Part shown: positions 21,345-32,091 of the stretch, in pieces
Layout: every line of letters starts with the position of its first letter
How positions within the stretch are numbered: the first letter of the stretch is position 1
From: Granulicella sp.
Lineage (GTDB): Bacteria; Acidobacteriota; Terriglobia; Terriglobales; Acidobacteriaceae
DNA length: 64,000 bases
Direction: 5' to 3'
NCBI GenBank assembly: GCA_027339965.1
Contig: DAHWNL010000016.1
Coordinates: 58,148 to 122,147, forward strand
Translations under genes and position numbers: made by a program
The notes under the pieces: generated by a model
Told to the model about the DNA's origin: nothing
The model's database searches: none
The model's input: only the letters and a program-made list of their open reading frames with translations

Positions 21345-22121
21345 TTGTCTGACCGCATTACGCCTCGCCGCCTCACCACCCCAGAGTTTCACGCTCGGGT
21401 CCACGCCTTGAATCCGGCGATCGCTGTCTTTGATTGCGATGGCACACTCTGGTCTCCAGACGCCGGTTCGGCCTTCATGCACTGGACGATTGACACCAAA
21501 CTCATCTCCACCGAGCAGATCGCCTCCATCCAGGATTGCTATGAGCGTTACCGGCGCGGCGAGGTATCCGAATATGAAATCTGCGGCCAGATGGTCCAGG
21601 TCTATCGCGGCCTCCCGGAGAAGGCTCTACGCGAGGCGGCCGCGCACTTCTTCCGCGATTACATCGAGCCCTATATCTTCCCCGAACTCTCCACCCTCGT
21701 CGCCGAGCTGCAGCGCCGCCATTGTGACATCTGGGCCGTAAGCTCCACCAATCAGTGGGTCATCGAAGAGGGAGTTCGCCGCTTCGACATTCCCGCCTCC
21801 AACGTCCTGGCGGCTCGCGTGGAAGTCGAGCACGGCATCATCACGGACCGGCTGATCCATGTCCCCACCGACGAAGACAAGGTGGAGGCTCTGCGCCGCG
21901 TGGGCATCGTCGATGAGGGAAACCCTCCCAACGTCGCCTTCGGCAACTCCATCCACGACGCCGCCATGCTGTCCATTGCGTGCAGCGTGGCTGCCAACGG
22001 GGCAGACGGCGAGCCGGCAGGCCGCTGCGGGGCTTTTCCGGTGAATCCCTCAGTTGCGCTGCTGGAGCGCGCCACGGACGAAGGCTGGCCTGTTTACTAT
22101 CCTGCACTGGTCAGACCCTGA
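21345..22121 (+). CDS. HAD-superfamily hydrolase (phosphoserine-phosphatase-like)
   Basis: FDCDGT, VSS, Lys and GNSIHD motifs. Confidence 0.85.
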   Translation: MSDRITPRRLTTPEFHARVHALNPAIAVFDCDGTLWSPDAGSAFMHWTIDTKLISTEQIASIQDCYERYRRGEVSEYEICGQMVQVYRGLPEKALREAAAHFFRDYIEPYIFPELSTLVAELQRRHCDIWAVSSTNQWVIEEGVRRFDIPASNVLAARVEVEHGIITDRLIHVPTDEDKVEALRRVGIVDEGNPPNVAFGNSIHDAAMLSIACSVAANGADGEPAGRCGAFPVNPSVALLERATDEGWPVYYPALVRP

Positions 22122-22177
22122 ACTTTTCGGCAGAGAAGATCGACGTCGGCCTCGCAGCCACTCCACTGGACGGACAC

Positions 22178-22654
22178 GTGAAGGAACCAACTCCCAGGCT
22201 GACCGAAGATCAACTCCGCCGGACGGGCAAGCCCGCTGATGCCAGGCCTTTGCGCCGCGTGGTCGCAGCCCTCATCCTGCGCGGAGAAGGTTCGGCGCGC
22301 GAGATCTTGATCTGCCAGCGCCGCGCCGGCCAGCCGATGGGCCTGAAATGGGAGTTTCCCGGGGGCAAGATTGAGCCCGGCGAAACCTCACGGCAGGCCC
22401 TCATCCGCGAACTTCATGAAGAACTCGGCATCGCCGCCACCCTTGGCGACTACGTCTCCACGGTTCATCACAGCTATCGCAACGGCGGCGCCATCGAGAT
22501 CGAGTTCTTCCTCGTCCAGACCTTCGCAGGCGAGCTCGTCAATCACATCTTTCAGCAGGTGCGCTGGGTTCCCCTCGCGACCCTTCCCGACTTCGACTTT
22601 CTTGCCGCAGACTTGACCCTGATCCGCGATATCGCCTGCGGAAAGCTCCTTTGA
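22178..22654 (+). CDS. NUDIX hydrolase (MutT-like)
   Basis: [12 protein letters not shown]...RELHEELG Nudix box and FLAAD. Start GTG 22178 is an estimate. Confidence 0.88.
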   Translation: MKEPTPRLTEDQLRRTGKPADARPLRRVVAALILRGEGSAREILICQRRAGQPMGLKWEFPGGKIEPGETSRQALIRELHEELGIAATLGDYVSTVHHSYRNGGAIEIEFFLVQTFAGELVNHIFQQVRWVPLATLPDFDFLAADLTLIRDIACGKLL

Positions 22655-22734
22655 GCAAAGCCCCTCTTCCCATTCCCTCCAGCTATCTTCGAAGAGCCCG
22701 GACGGCAAGCTCCGAACTGATAAAATCAGGGTGT

Positions 22735-23955
22735 ATGCCAGCTATTCGCCGCAGAAGATCGGTTCCGGTCACTATCGGCAACGTTCGCGTCGGAAGTGAC
22801 GCGCCTGTCGTCGTCCAGTCGATGACCAACACGGACACCGCCGATGTCGAGTCCACCGTCCAACAGATCGCTGCTCTGGCCCGCGCCGGCTCGGAGATGG
22901 TGCGCATCACCGTCAACACCGACGATGCCGCCAAGGCCGTTCCCTATATCATCGAGGGCATCCGCGCCAAAGGATGGACCACTCCCATCATCGGCGACTT
23001 CCATTACAACGGCCACCTGCTCCTTTCCAGATATCCGGCTACGGCGGAGGCTCTCGACAAGTACCGCATCAATCCCGGCAACTGCTCCATTGGACGCAAA
23101 GACGATGAGAACTTCCGCACCATGGTTGAGGTTGCCGTCAAGCACCAGAAGCCGGTTCGGATTGGCGTCAACTGGGGCTCGCTCGACCAGGCGTTGCTGA
23201 CCAGAATGATGGATGAGAACTCAAGGCTCGCCGAGCCGCTCGACGCGCGCGACGTCATGATGGAAGCCATGGTCGTCTCCGCGCTGGACAACGCCGCCGC
23301 CGCCGAACGCTACGGCCTGCGCCGCGATCAGATCATCCTCTCCGCAAAGGTCTCCGGCGTACGCGATCTGATCGACGTCTATACCGAGTTGGCCGGCCGC
23401 TGCGACTATGCACTCCACCTCGGCTTAACTGAAGCCGGCATGGGCATGAAAGGCATCGTTGCGTCCACTGCCGGTCTCTCGCCGCTTCTCCTGGCCGGGA
23501 TCGGCGACACCGTCCGCGTCTCCCTTACTCCCACCCCGGGCGGTGACCGCTCGGAGGAGGTCCGCTGCGCCCAGCAGATCCTGCAATCCCTCTCTATCCG
23601 CAGCTTTATGCCGCAAGTCACCAGTTGTCCCGGCTGCGGCCGCACCACCAGCACTTATTTCCAGGAGCTTGCCGAACGCATCCAGCACTACCTGGTGGAG
23701 TCCATGCCGCAATGGAAGAAGATCTACCCCGGCGTCGAAGAATTGAAACTGGCCGTGATGGGATGTATCGTCAATGGACCCGGCGAGAGCAAGCATGCCA
23801 ACATCGGGATCTCCCTGCCCGGAACCTTTGAAGAACCCAAGGCCCCCGTCTACATCGACGGTCACCTCTTCACCACGCTCAAGGGCGACCATATCGTGGA
23901 AGAGTTTCAAGTGATCCTCAACGATTACGTCGAAAGGCGTTACGCCAGGCAATAG
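22735..23955 (+). CDS. ispG: (E)-4-hydroxy-3-methylbut-2-enyl-diphosphate synthase
   Basis: [35 protein letters not shown] and [10 protein letters not shown] motifs. Confidence 0.97.
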   Translation: MPAIRRRRSVPVTIGNVRVGSDAPVVVQSMTNTDTADVESTVQQIAALARAGSEMVRITVNTDDAAKAVPYIIEGIRAKGWTTPIIGDFHYNGHLLLSRYPATAEALDKYRINPGNCSIGRKDDENFRTMVEVAVKHQKPVRIGVNWGSLDQALLTRMMDENSRLAEPLDARDVMMEAMVVSALDNAAAAERYGLRRDQIILSAKVSGVRDLIDVYTELAGRCDYALHLGLTEAGMGMKGIVASTAGLSPLLLAGIGDTVRVSLTPTPGGDRSEEVRCAQQILQSLSIRSFMPQVTSCPGCGRTTSTYFQELAERIQHYLVESMPQWKKIYPGVEELKLAVMGCIVNGPGESKHANIGISLPGTFEEPKAPVYIDGHLFTTLKGDHIVEEFQVILNDYVERRYARQ

Positions 23956-24008
23956 ACTGGCACTTGCCGGTTCGCTGCTTCTGGCCCGGCGCGTTGAACC
24001 ACGGACTT

Positions 24009-25499
24009 TCAGCTTTGTCGCCACGGAGGGATGTATATCCGATCTGGAGCAACAATATCGGGGGGCCTCGCTCCAGCGGCGGCTGGCGTGTAAGGGCTTC
24101 CTGGATTCGCCTTCAACTGCGCATAGGCCCTCTGAACATTCTCCGGGAACGAAGGAATCAGAGCCTCGATATCTGCTTGCAGCTCTTTGACCTTCTCCGG
24201 ATAGTCAACCGCGGCATCGTAACTCTCGGCAGGATCCCGCTCCAGGTCGTAAAGCTCCGGATGCGGCAAAAGAAAATGCCGCGTAGGTCCGCACGAGCCA
24301 TTGAGCCAGTCGTTGATATAAATCTCGCCCGTCCGCTGCGAGATTCGCAGCTTCCAGTTCCCCTTTCGTGCGCACTCCAGGATCTGCTGATCCGGCGAAA
24401 CCGCAAAATAGAGCAGGGTTCCTCGGTCCAGATGATCTGTCTTTCCTGTCAGCAGCTCGGAGATGTCCATCCCATCCAGCGGGTTGGGCGAGGGCTTCGC
24501 TCCACAGAAAGAGGTCACCGTGGGCACAACATCAAGGTTTGATCCCCACTCACCCACCACCCTGCCCGCCGGAATAACCCCCGGCCAGCGCGCAAGGAAC
24601 GGAATGCGTACTCCCCCTTCGAATCCAGTCGATTTGCGGCCCCGGCGCGGCCCGGGGCATCCCTGGAACCACGGGCCGTGATCGCTGGTGAAGAAGACCA
24701 GCGTATCCCGTTCCAATCCCTTACCACGAACCGCGTCGAGAATCTCCCCCACGCTCCAATCGATCTCCTCAATGGCATCGCCCTGGCGTCCAAGTCCAGA
24801 GTGACCCTGAAAACGCGGCGAACCTGTAGGTGGATCATGTGGGTAAGAGTACGCAACGTAGAGAAAGAACGGAGAAGACGCCGACTCATTAATGAACTTC
24901 ACTGCCTCTTCCGTATAAAGTGGCGTCAGCATCTCACGGTCGGCGTTCGCTTCCATCACCGTCGTGTCCCGCAGTAGCGGAAGCGGAGCCATATCCACGC
25001 TCCACGGAACGCCGTAGTACGCATCAAAACCCCGGTTGGTGGGCAGGTACGGCGGCGGATACCCCAGGTGCCATTTTCCAATCGCCATCGACTTGTATCC
25101 AGCCGGCTTGAGAATATCCGCCAGCGTCTTCTCATCCAGGTCCGTTCCATCCTTGGAGCTGGGTCCATACGCTCCCTGCGTATGCGTACGGCTGGAGTAT
25201 CTACCCGTCAGCAGAGCAGCCCGGGATGCCGAGCAGATCGGATGCGCTGTGTTGAAGCGCGTCAACCGCGCGCCTTCCCTGGCCATCTGATCAAGGTTGG
25301 GAGTCTTGAGCGACGAGCCGTAACAGTGCAGATCGCCGGAACCCAGATCATCGCAGATCATCAGGATGACGTTGGGAGAGCGGCCCTTCGCAGACGGCTC
25401 GCCAGCCTGCCCCGAAGCCGATAGCGACAGAACTGCAGATGCTGCCGCAGCTTTGACAAATGCTCTACGATCAATTCCGCCCGTGACTTTTGAACTCAT
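24009..25499 (-). CDS. Tat-exported Cys-type sulfatase (arylsulfatase A-like)
   Basis: RRAFV Tat motif, DDLG, CSASRAALLTGR, GKWHLG and SDHG. Confidence 0.93.
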   Translation of the reverse strand: MSSKVTGGIDRRAFVKAAAASAVLSLSASGQAGEPSAKGRSPNVILMICDDLGSGDLHCYGSSLKTPNLDQMAREGARLTRFNTAHPICSASRAALLTGRYSSRTHTQGAYGPSSKDGTDLDEKTLADILKPAGYKSMAIGKWHLGYPPPYLPTNRGFDAYYGVPWSVDMAPLPLLRDTTVMEANADREMLTPLYTEEAVKFINESASSPFFLYVAYSYPHDPPTGSPRFQGHSGLGRQGDAIEEIDWSVGEILDAVRGKGLERDTLVFFTSDHGPWFQGCPGPRRGRKSTGFEGGVRIPFLARWPGVIPAGRVVGEWGSNLDVVPTVTSFCGAKPSPNPLDGMDISELLTGKTDHLDRGTLLYFAVSPDQQILECARKGNWKLRISQRTGEIYINDWLNGSCGPTRHFLLPHPELYDLERDPAESYDAAVDYPEKVKELQADIEALIPSFPENVQRAYAQLKANPGSPYTPAAAGARPPDIVAPDRIYIPPWRQS

Positions 25500-25559
25500 G
25501 CTTCATCCCCGCGTGTAAACCATCCTTGTGTGTGTGTGTCATGGTAAGCGCCCTGCCGG

Positions 25560-26549
25560 TCAGTCCGAAAGCGCGCACCGAAAGCTGGTGTTGGAGGTGG
25601 AACTGTCTGGAGTGTTCGAACTGCGCGCCGCAACGCGATAGCGGTTGCAGTACGACTTATGGCAGAGAAACGATCCTCCCCTGGTGACACGGGAAGATCC
25701 TTGGGATGGACCTGTCGGGTTATCCAGGCTCGCCGCTCTGTGAAAGTCCGGGCTAAACCAGTCAGCGCACCACTCCCAGGTGTTGCCAGTCATCGAGTAA
25801 AGACCGTAGCCATTGGGGGGAAAGGCCTGCACCGGACAGGTGCCGGCATAGCCGTCATCGCCGGTGTCATGGTTGGGAAAATCGCCCTGCCATATATTGC
25901 ACATATGCTTTCCCTGGGGCCTCAGCTTGTCACCCCACGGATATGTCTTTTGCTCCAACCCGCCGCGCGCCGCATACTCCCACTCGGCTTCCGTAGGCAG
26001 CCGCTGTCCTGTCCACTGTGCATACGCTACGGCGTCGTTCCAGGAAACATGCACCACCGGATGATCCTCACGAAGCAGCAGGGTCGATCCTGGACCTTCA
26101 GGCGCATTCCATTGGGCGCCGCGCACTTTGCACCACCAGGGCGCAGCCCGCACGGTGTCTTCCACCAACTCCTTGAACCTTGCTTTGGGCAGATGCAGCC
26201 AGAAGACAAACGACCAGCCAAAACGCTCCGCCTCAGTGCGATAGCCGGTAGCTTCGACAAACTGCTGAAACAGACGATTGGTGACGGTAGTGGAATCGAT
26301 CCAGAACGGTCGCAGCGTCACCTCCCGCACCGGACCTTCTCCATCTTGCGGAAACCCCTCAGCGGTGTCGGTTCCCATCAGAAATCTTCCGCCCTGAAGC
26401 CGGACCATCCGTGCGCGCGTCTCGGCAGAGACCCCTTTGCTTAGAGGAAGGTCTTTCGGCGAATCCCAATCGCACGCCGCGTGACCGGCAGAGGGTGTGC
26501 AGCAGCCATGCGGCCTTTGCTGATGGTCTTCTGTCTTGGCTATGTCCAC
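25560..26549 (-). CDS. Formylglycine-generating enzyme (sulfatase-modifying factor 1)
   Basis: HPVVHVSWNDA, RLPTEAEWEYAARGG and RGGSFLCHKSYCNRYRVAAR (both catalytic Cys); adjacent to the sulfatase. Confidence 0.95.
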   Translation of the reverse strand: MDIAKTEDHQQRPHGCCTPSAGHAACDWDSPKDLPLSKGVSAETRARMVRLQGGRFLMGTDTAEGFPQDGEGPVREVTLRPFWIDSTTVTNRLFQQFVEATGYRTEAERFGWSFVFWLHLPKARFKELVEDTVRAAPWWCKVRGAQWNAPEGPGSTLLLREDHPVVHVSWNDAVAYAQWTGQRLPTEAEWEYAARGGLEQKTYPWGDKLRPQGKHMCNIWQGDFPNHDTGDDGYAGTCPVQAFPPNGYGLYSMTGNTWEWCADWFSPDFHRAASLDNPTGPSQGSSRVTRGGSFLCHKSYCNRYRVAARSSNTPDSSTSNTSFRCALSD

Positions 26550-26771
26550 GGCTCCGTCTCCGAAGAAGATTCCATCGCCACATCTTTCGCAGCCGACGGG
26601 TGTTCCAAGTCTAGCTTATCGCCAAGCTGCGCTGGAGCTCCCTTAGCCGCCGCATAAGCCCGTCTCTGAGCCCAGTCGCCGCAGGGTCCGCGGATCCAAT
26701 AATATTCGAAATGCTAGTAAGACGGAGGGAAGAGTTGCAGCCCGACATACAGAGCTCCATACCAGGACGTG

Positions 26772-27226
26772 ATCACTGAATTTGGCGAGATGGAAGGTTG
26801 CGCCCGACCGGATCATCATGCGCTCATGGTGCACCGGATCACTACCACCTAAGGCAAAGTATGGCGTTGACAGCTACGAACTCCTGGACCACGAAGAGAT
26901 CATCGCGGGCTACGAGCGCTTCCTTATACGAGTGCTTCCTTAACCGCTGGAACTTCCGCAATGCCTTCCCAACCAGCGGAAGCTTTTCCGAGCCTGCGGT
27001 CGCACCTGCTACGAATCGTGGAAGAATTACATGGAGAACGCTTCCAAGTGGACCGGAGATCGAAGTCCTGATCGCCTGCTCGCAAGACCACAACCGCCAC
27101 GTCGGCGCTGGGACGTTCACCACCCGGCTTGGTAAAGGCACAGTTCTGTTTCACCGCGTGCCGGATATGCATCCGGTGATGCAGCAGTGCTTCCTCGCCA
27201 ATGCCCTGCTGTGGCTGACAAGCTGA
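26772..27226 (+). pseudogene. Frameshifted, internally deleted remnant of a large glycoside hydrolase (GH2-like, from recall)
   Basis: Protein-like segments in shifting frames: ITEFGEMEGCARPDHHALMVH / KYGVDSYELLDHEEIIAGYERFL / NRWNFRNAFPT / LFRACGRTCYESWKNYMENA / SQDHNRHVGAGTFTTRLGKG...LANALLWL. In-frame stop, and a 16-bp tandem duplication at 26911-26942. Confidence 0.6.
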
Positions 27227-27303
27227 ACCAGCGCAGTGTGGAGCCTGCTGCGGCAATACGGCAGCGCGGCCATGCAGGCCCTTCCGCAGACTCGACGGCT
27301 GCA

Positions 27304-29049
27304 CTACTCCGCAGGCTGACCAGCCCCGGCCAGATATTGCTTCGCCTGCGCAAACTCCGGCCGCGTGGAATCCGCTCCTCCATCGGTCGACCGCAGCATC
27401 GCCCTGTAAAAATGGACGGCTTGCGCCTTCTCTCCGCAGGCGGCGGCGGCGCGAGCCGCGCCATCGAAACCGTTCAGCCGATTCGGGCTCAGCCGCAACG
27501 CAGCCTCGTATTCCTGCAGAGCCTCTTTCGGCTGGCCCATCTGCAGCAGCATGTCGGCCAGCATCTCACGCGCAGGAATATCCACCTCTCCCTGGCCTAC
27601 CTTGTCCTGCAAATCCGCCGCAGCGCGCATGGACGCGAGCGCGGGAGCCTGATGCCCCTCCGCATCGTCCGCCCAGGCCGCCGCCTCCTCGCTCATGATC
27701 TTCGTGGCTGTGGAATCGGCGACATAGGAATCGTTGCTCTTCCTCACCTTGGCTAGGCTACTTCGATAGCCGGCCAGGTCAGCCGCCGCCTTCGCCTCAT
27801 TCTTCAAGTGCCCATCGGCAATGATCCGCATCCAGGCAACCAGCATCTCGTCGTCGGCCGGCGACCCTGCGACCGGCGTCATCGCCGCGGCCATCTTCCA
27901 GTCATGCATCTCCAGAGCATAGAAACCGGTAAGTTCCACCCGGTAGAAAGGGACCATTCCGGCCATATAAGCCTTGCCCTCGCCCGGCATCGCGGCTAAC
28001 CGATCCAGAACCGCGTTAGCTGCAACCAGGTCCCTCTTCGCCTGCGCATCCCGTCCGCTCTGCAGCTCCGCATAGACCAGGAAGTCATAGGAGTGCGGTT
28101 CATCCATGATTCCGCTCTCTCCCTTCGCCTCAGCCTGCTCGGAGGCCTTGATCGATGCCCTCTGCGCGGCGATATCCTGTGGCCACATCCCTAGACGCGC
28201 ATAGATGTGCCCCGGCATGTGGGCTGCGTGCGGCCCGGAGGGGGCGATCTCTCCATAGTGGTTGGCCGCCGCCAGCCCTTCCCTGGCCATAGCCGGATTG
28301 TCGCAGGCGTGGATCGTGTAGTGATCCACCCCAGGATTGTCGGGGTCTTTGGCGAACAGCGGCCGCAAGATCACCATCGCCTTGTGCTCCTGCGCCTCGG
28401 AGGTGTCTCCCGGGCTCTCTTCGGCCAGCAGGGAAAGAGCATAGAATGACCCAGCGTTTACATCCTTCGGATCGCTCGCATACAACCGCCCCATCGCCGC
28501 CGAGTAGGCATGCACGCGCGCCGGAAACTGCTCCGGCCCCGGCTTGTAGAACGCCGCCATCGCAGCGATATACGCTCTTTCGCGGGCGGTCTTCGCCGGC
28601 AGAGCCTGAGCGGCCTGCATCTGCTTCCAGCCAAAGCGCATCGCGGCGGCATCCGGGCGCCCCCAGATCTCATGGAAGGCGCTCATCGCCTCACCCCAAT
28701 GGCCCATCGCGCAGGTTGGATCGTCCTTGGCGATCCGTTCGAACTGCCGCCGCGCCTCCTCGTACCAGAAGTCATGCAAGAGCGCCACGCCGCGATTGAA
28801 GTAAGGCTGCACCGCGGCCCCGCAGGAGACTGGGAAGGAGACCGTCCCCAGCTTCTCTCGCATCTGTGCCGGCGTAGCCATCGGCGCAGGCTGCCTGGAG
28901 GGAGACTTTGCCATGGCAGCCATCTGGTCGATCATCTGGGCGATCATCTGGCCGCTGAGGGACGCTAACAGCAGGCAAAGCGATAAGGAGAGCAAGGGGA
29001 TGGTACAAGCTACCGGGAGACGGGAGAAGACTGCGCGCCGGGTTTTCAT
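27304..29049 (-). CDS. Exported TPR-like helical-repeat protein of unknown function
   Basis: Signal peptide; Ala-rich TPR-like helices; LGTVSFPVSC, HYTIHACD and HAAHMPGHIY motifs. Confidence 0.8.
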   Translation of the reverse strand: MKTRRAVFSRLPVACTIPLLSLSLCLLLASLSGQMIAQMIDQMAAMAKSPSRQPAPMATPAQMREKLGTVSFPVSCGAAVQPYFNRGVALLHDFWYEEARRQFERIAKDDPTCAMGHWGEAMSAFHEIWGRPDAAAMRFGWKQMQAAQALPAKTARERAYIAAMAAFYKPGPEQFPARVHAYSAAMGRLYASDPKDVNAGSFYALSLLAEESPGDTSEAQEHKAMVILRPLFAKDPDNPGVDHYTIHACDNPAMAREGLAAANHYGEIAPSGPHAAHMPGHIYARLGMWPQDIAAQRASIKASEQAEAKGESGIMDEPHSYDFLVYAELQSGRDAQAKRDLVAANAVLDRLAAMPGEGKAYMAGMVPFYRVELTGFYALEMHDWKMAAAMTPVAGSPADDEMLVAWMRIIADGHLKNEAKAAADLAGYRSSLAKVRKSNDSYVADSTATKIMSEEAAAWADDAEGHQAPALASMRAAADLQDKVGQGEVDIPAREMLADMLLQMGQPKEALQEYEAALRLSPNRLNGFDGAARAAAACGEKAQAVHFYRAMLRSTDGGADSTRPEFAQAKQYLAGAGQPAE

Positions 29050-29187
29050 GGCCCGTAATTATACCCGCTGCCACAACTCGCTGGAGCATCGCGAATCGGT
29101 ACAGAGCTGCGGTTGCAAGGCCGGCCATGGAACCAATCCGGCATCGAGCGCTCTTTTTTTCTTCTTAGGGCTACGCCTCTGATCGGT

Positions 29188-30975
29188 TCACTGGGGAGCT
29201 GCGGCGCCGGAAGACTCTCCCTCTGCTATGGGAATCTGGCCTGCTTTGGGAATCTGACTTTCCGTGCCTGACTCCTCTTCTCTGGGCACGCAGGAGGCCC
29301 ACACCTGGAAGCTGATCTTCGGAGAATGCGATCCACCATCCGGATCCTTGTGCAGCGCATAGACCTGCTCTCGAATCTCAAAGTCGGCCTGGGTCATCCG
29401 CTCCCGCGAACGCAGGAAGTCCATCCAGCTCTCCATGATGAACGTCTCGTTCAGATGTTCGGAATTGTTTGCATCACGGTAGATGCCCCAGCGCACCGCT
29501 CCACCGCGCAGACGAACCGCCTTCAACTTCTGCACCAACCGGGTGAATCGCGCGTAGCTCTCGGCAGGCACGTGGTAGTCCACTGAGATCCGCACCGGCC
29601 CCGCATCGGGATCAGCCATCTGCGCAAAACTCGACAGAGGGCGCTTCCACCGGTACGGCGTAAGGTCCGGCAACAGCCCCTTGAGGACATGGATGCGCCG
29701 CATCCCGGGCATGCTGGCCGACAGCCCCACCGCCGCGCAGATCAGCGAGATCCTGGTGGAGTAGCGTTGCGCGATGGCTCCCCAAAGCACGCTGCCCAGC
29801 GCCAGTCCCCCTTGCAGCGCCATCAGATAGACGCCCAGCGCCCGCGCGTAGACCCATGCCGGAACACTGAGTTGAACGCTCACATTCAGTGTGGACATGG
29901 TGGTGGTCCAGGCAAATCCCGCGCCCAGCAGGGTCACAATCGCCACCCAGGGTATTGGCGCCAGCGCCAGCACCAGCAACGTCACCACATAGTAGGCTCC
30001 GGTTGCCGTCAACATCGTATCCGCATCCAGCCTCTGCCGCAGAGGCGCCAGCAGCGCGGCTCCCGCAACGGCCCCCAACCCCAGGCATCCGTTCAGAATG
30101 CCGTACCCCATAGCTCCCTGACGAAGGTCTTGTTTGGCCACCAGCGCCAGCAGGCTCCACACGGCGCTCACAAAGAAGGTGAAGGTGAACACTCGAATCA
30201 GCGGCCCCTGCAGGTCGGGCGCATGGCGCAAATAACGCAGCCCCGATCGCACCGAACCCGCGATCCGCTCGGCCGGCAGCGCACTTTGGAAAAGCGGTTG
30301 CCGCCGCCAGCGCCACAGGATCCAGATCACGCCGGCAAACGAGGCCGAATTGACAGCAAAGACCCAGGCAGCGCCTCGACTGGGAAGCAGAAACGCAGCT
30401 ACCAGCAGCCCTCCCAGGGCCGGCCCCGCCGCCCGCGCCAGGTTGTTGCTGGCGGCGTTCAGCGCCACCGCATTCGGAATCTGCTCATGCGGCACCAGCT
30501 CCGGCACAATCGCCTGCCATGCGGGGTTGTTCATCGCCGAACCGATATTCAGAAGGAAGGTAAACAACAACAGCGTTAGGGGCGAAATCACGTTCAGAAA
30601 GGTCAGCGTGGCCAGCACGGCAACGCTGCCCAGCATCCAGCACTGCCAGAAGATCAGCAGACGGCGGCGCTCATAGATGTCCGCGGTCGCCCCCGCCAGC
30701 AGTCCAAGAAACAGCACCGGCAGGCTCGCCGCAGTCTGCATCAGCGCAATCAGCAGCGGAGAGGTGGTCAGCACCGTCATCAACCAGGTGCCCGCCGTGT
30801 CCTGCATCCAGGTACCAATGCTGGACACGGTCGAGGCCACCCAACGGTCGCGGAAGACGGCTATGCGCAGCGGCTCCAACGCATTCGATCCAGCCGCATT
30901 CGGCTGGCTGGCTGTGCCCAGATCGGTTGAGTCGATGCGTCCGGTCTCGCCCACAGATCTATCATGCCATTGCAA
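29188..30975 (-). CDS. MFS transporter (MFS_3/DUF894 type) with soluble C-terminal domain
   Basis: VSSIGTWMQ, GATADIYERRR, PAWQAIVPELV; C-terminal RWGIYRD...ESW domain. Start uncertain. Confidence 0.85.
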   Translation of the reverse strand: MQWHDRSVGETGRIDSTDLGTASQPNAAGSNALEPLRIAVFRDRWVASTVSSIGTWMQDTAGTWLMTVLTTSPLLIALMQTAASLPVLFLGLLAGATADIYERRRLLIFWQCWMLGSVAVLATLTFLNVISPLTLLLFTFLLNIGSAMNNPAWQAIVPELVPHEQIPNAVALNAASNNLARAAGPALGGLLVAAFLLPSRGAAWVFAVNSASFAGVIWILWRWRRQPLFQSALPAERIAGSVRSGLRYLRHAPDLQGPLIRVFTFTFFVSAVWSLLALVAKQDLRQGAMGYGILNGCLGLGAVAGAALLAPLRQRLDADTMLTATGAYYVVTLLVLALAPIPWVAIVTLLGAGFAWTTTMSTLNVSVQLSVPAWVYARALGVYLMALQGGLALGSVLWGAIAQRYSTRISLICAAVGLSASMPGMRRIHVLKGLLPDLTPYRWKRPLSSFAQMADPDAGPVRISVDYHVPAESYARFTRLVQKLKAVRLRGGAVRWGIYRDANNSEHLNETFIMESWMDFLRSRERMTQADFEIREQVYALHKDPDGGSHSPKISFQVWASCVPREEESGTESQIPKAGQIPIAEGESSGAAAPQ

Positions 30976-31098
30976 CCGAGAACTGTGTTTTTCTTCATCT
31001 TTCTCTGCGATCTCGGCCTCTCGCCAGGCTGCCGTCTGCCTCCTGGCGTTGACCCGCCGTTCCCATGCCTATCATGCGCTGCCGTTTATAGTGCAATC

Positions 31099-32091
31099 AT
31101 GGTCTGCCGTGGCCCGATCCTCATCCTTCGATACCTGGCCAGCATCCTCCTTTTCTGCATCGCATCCGTACAGCCGGGCCAGGCCTTCCCGGCCCGGCAA
31201 ACGGCAGTTCAAGTGGCGAAAGTGGCTCCCGCGCTTGCCGATCAACCCATTCCGCCTATTCCGCAGCTTCTCCACGACGTCGAGCAGCACCAGAAGGAAG
31301 CCGAAGACGCGCAGCGCGATTACACCTATCACGTCCACTTCGAGTTCCAGCAGTTGGATCGCAGCGGCCACGCCAAAAAGATCTCCACCCTCGACTCCGA
31401 GAGCATCGTCATTGACGGCGTCCGCATCGATAAGGTGGTAGCCCGCAACGGGAAGCCCCTCACCCCCAGACAGGCCCAGAAGGAAAGCGACCAGATCGAC
31501 AAAGAGGTGGCCCGCGCCAAGGCTAGAAGGGAACATCTCGCCGCTCGCGGAGAGGCCTCCGATCCAGAGGGCAACCCTCTTATCCCCGTCTCCCGCATCC
31601 TCGAGTTAGGCTCCTTCTCCAACCCGCGCCGGATCATGCTGGACCAGCGCCCTACCATCGAGCTGGACTACGCGGGCGATCCCCACGCTAAAATCCGCAA
31701 CCAATCCGAAGGGATCATTCGCAATCTGGTCGGCACCGTATGGATCGATGAGCAAAACCGCATCCTGGTGCGCGGTCAAGGGCACTTCGTCCATGACTTC
31801 AAGATCGGGGCTGGGTTGATTCTGAATATCCACAAGGGGCTCAGCTTCGACTTTCGCGCCACGCACATCACGGGGGATGTATGGCTCCCGGCGACGGTGG
31901 AAGGAAAAGGCGAAGCGCGCATCCTCCTCTTCGAGCACATCGACGGAAACTTCCGTCTGGTCACCTCCAACTATCAGCGATTCACCACCAGCACCACCAT
32001 CATCGACTCGGACCGCCTCGTCAACGCAGACCATCAGACCCAGCCCAATCCACCTGCTCCCGTCCAGCCTTCCCCGCCGAAACCCAACTAG
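31099..32091 (+). CDS. Exported beta-rich hypothetical protein
   Basis: Signal peptide, DYTY...GTVWIDE pattern, Pro-rich tail. ATG lies 6 nt after TATAGT. Confidence 0.75.
   Translation: MVCRGPILILRYLASILLFCIASVQPGQAFPARQTAVQVAKVAPALADQPIPPIPQLLHDVEQHQKEAEDAQRDYTYHVHFEFQQLDRSGHAKKISTLDSESIVIDGVRIDKVVARNGKPLTPRQAQKESDQIDKEVARAKARREHLAARGEASDPEGNPLIPVSRILELGSFSNPRRIMLDQRPTIELDYAGDPHAKIRNQSEGIIRNLVGTVWIDEQNRILVRGQGHFVHDFKIGAGLILNIHKGLSFDFRATHITGDVWLPATVEGKGEARILLFEHIDGNFRLVTSNYQRFTTSTTIIDSDRLVNADHQTQPNPPAPVQPSPPKPN

Noticed and set aside
21345..23955. HAD + NUDIX + ispG as an isoprenoid-phosphate detoxification operon
   Set aside because: The NUDIX looks MutT-like and ispG appears to have its own promoter; adjacency alone is insufficient.
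25527..25539. (TG)6 microsatellite between FGE and the sulfatase
   Set aside because: Short, intergenic and upstream of the RBS; no evidence for phase variation.
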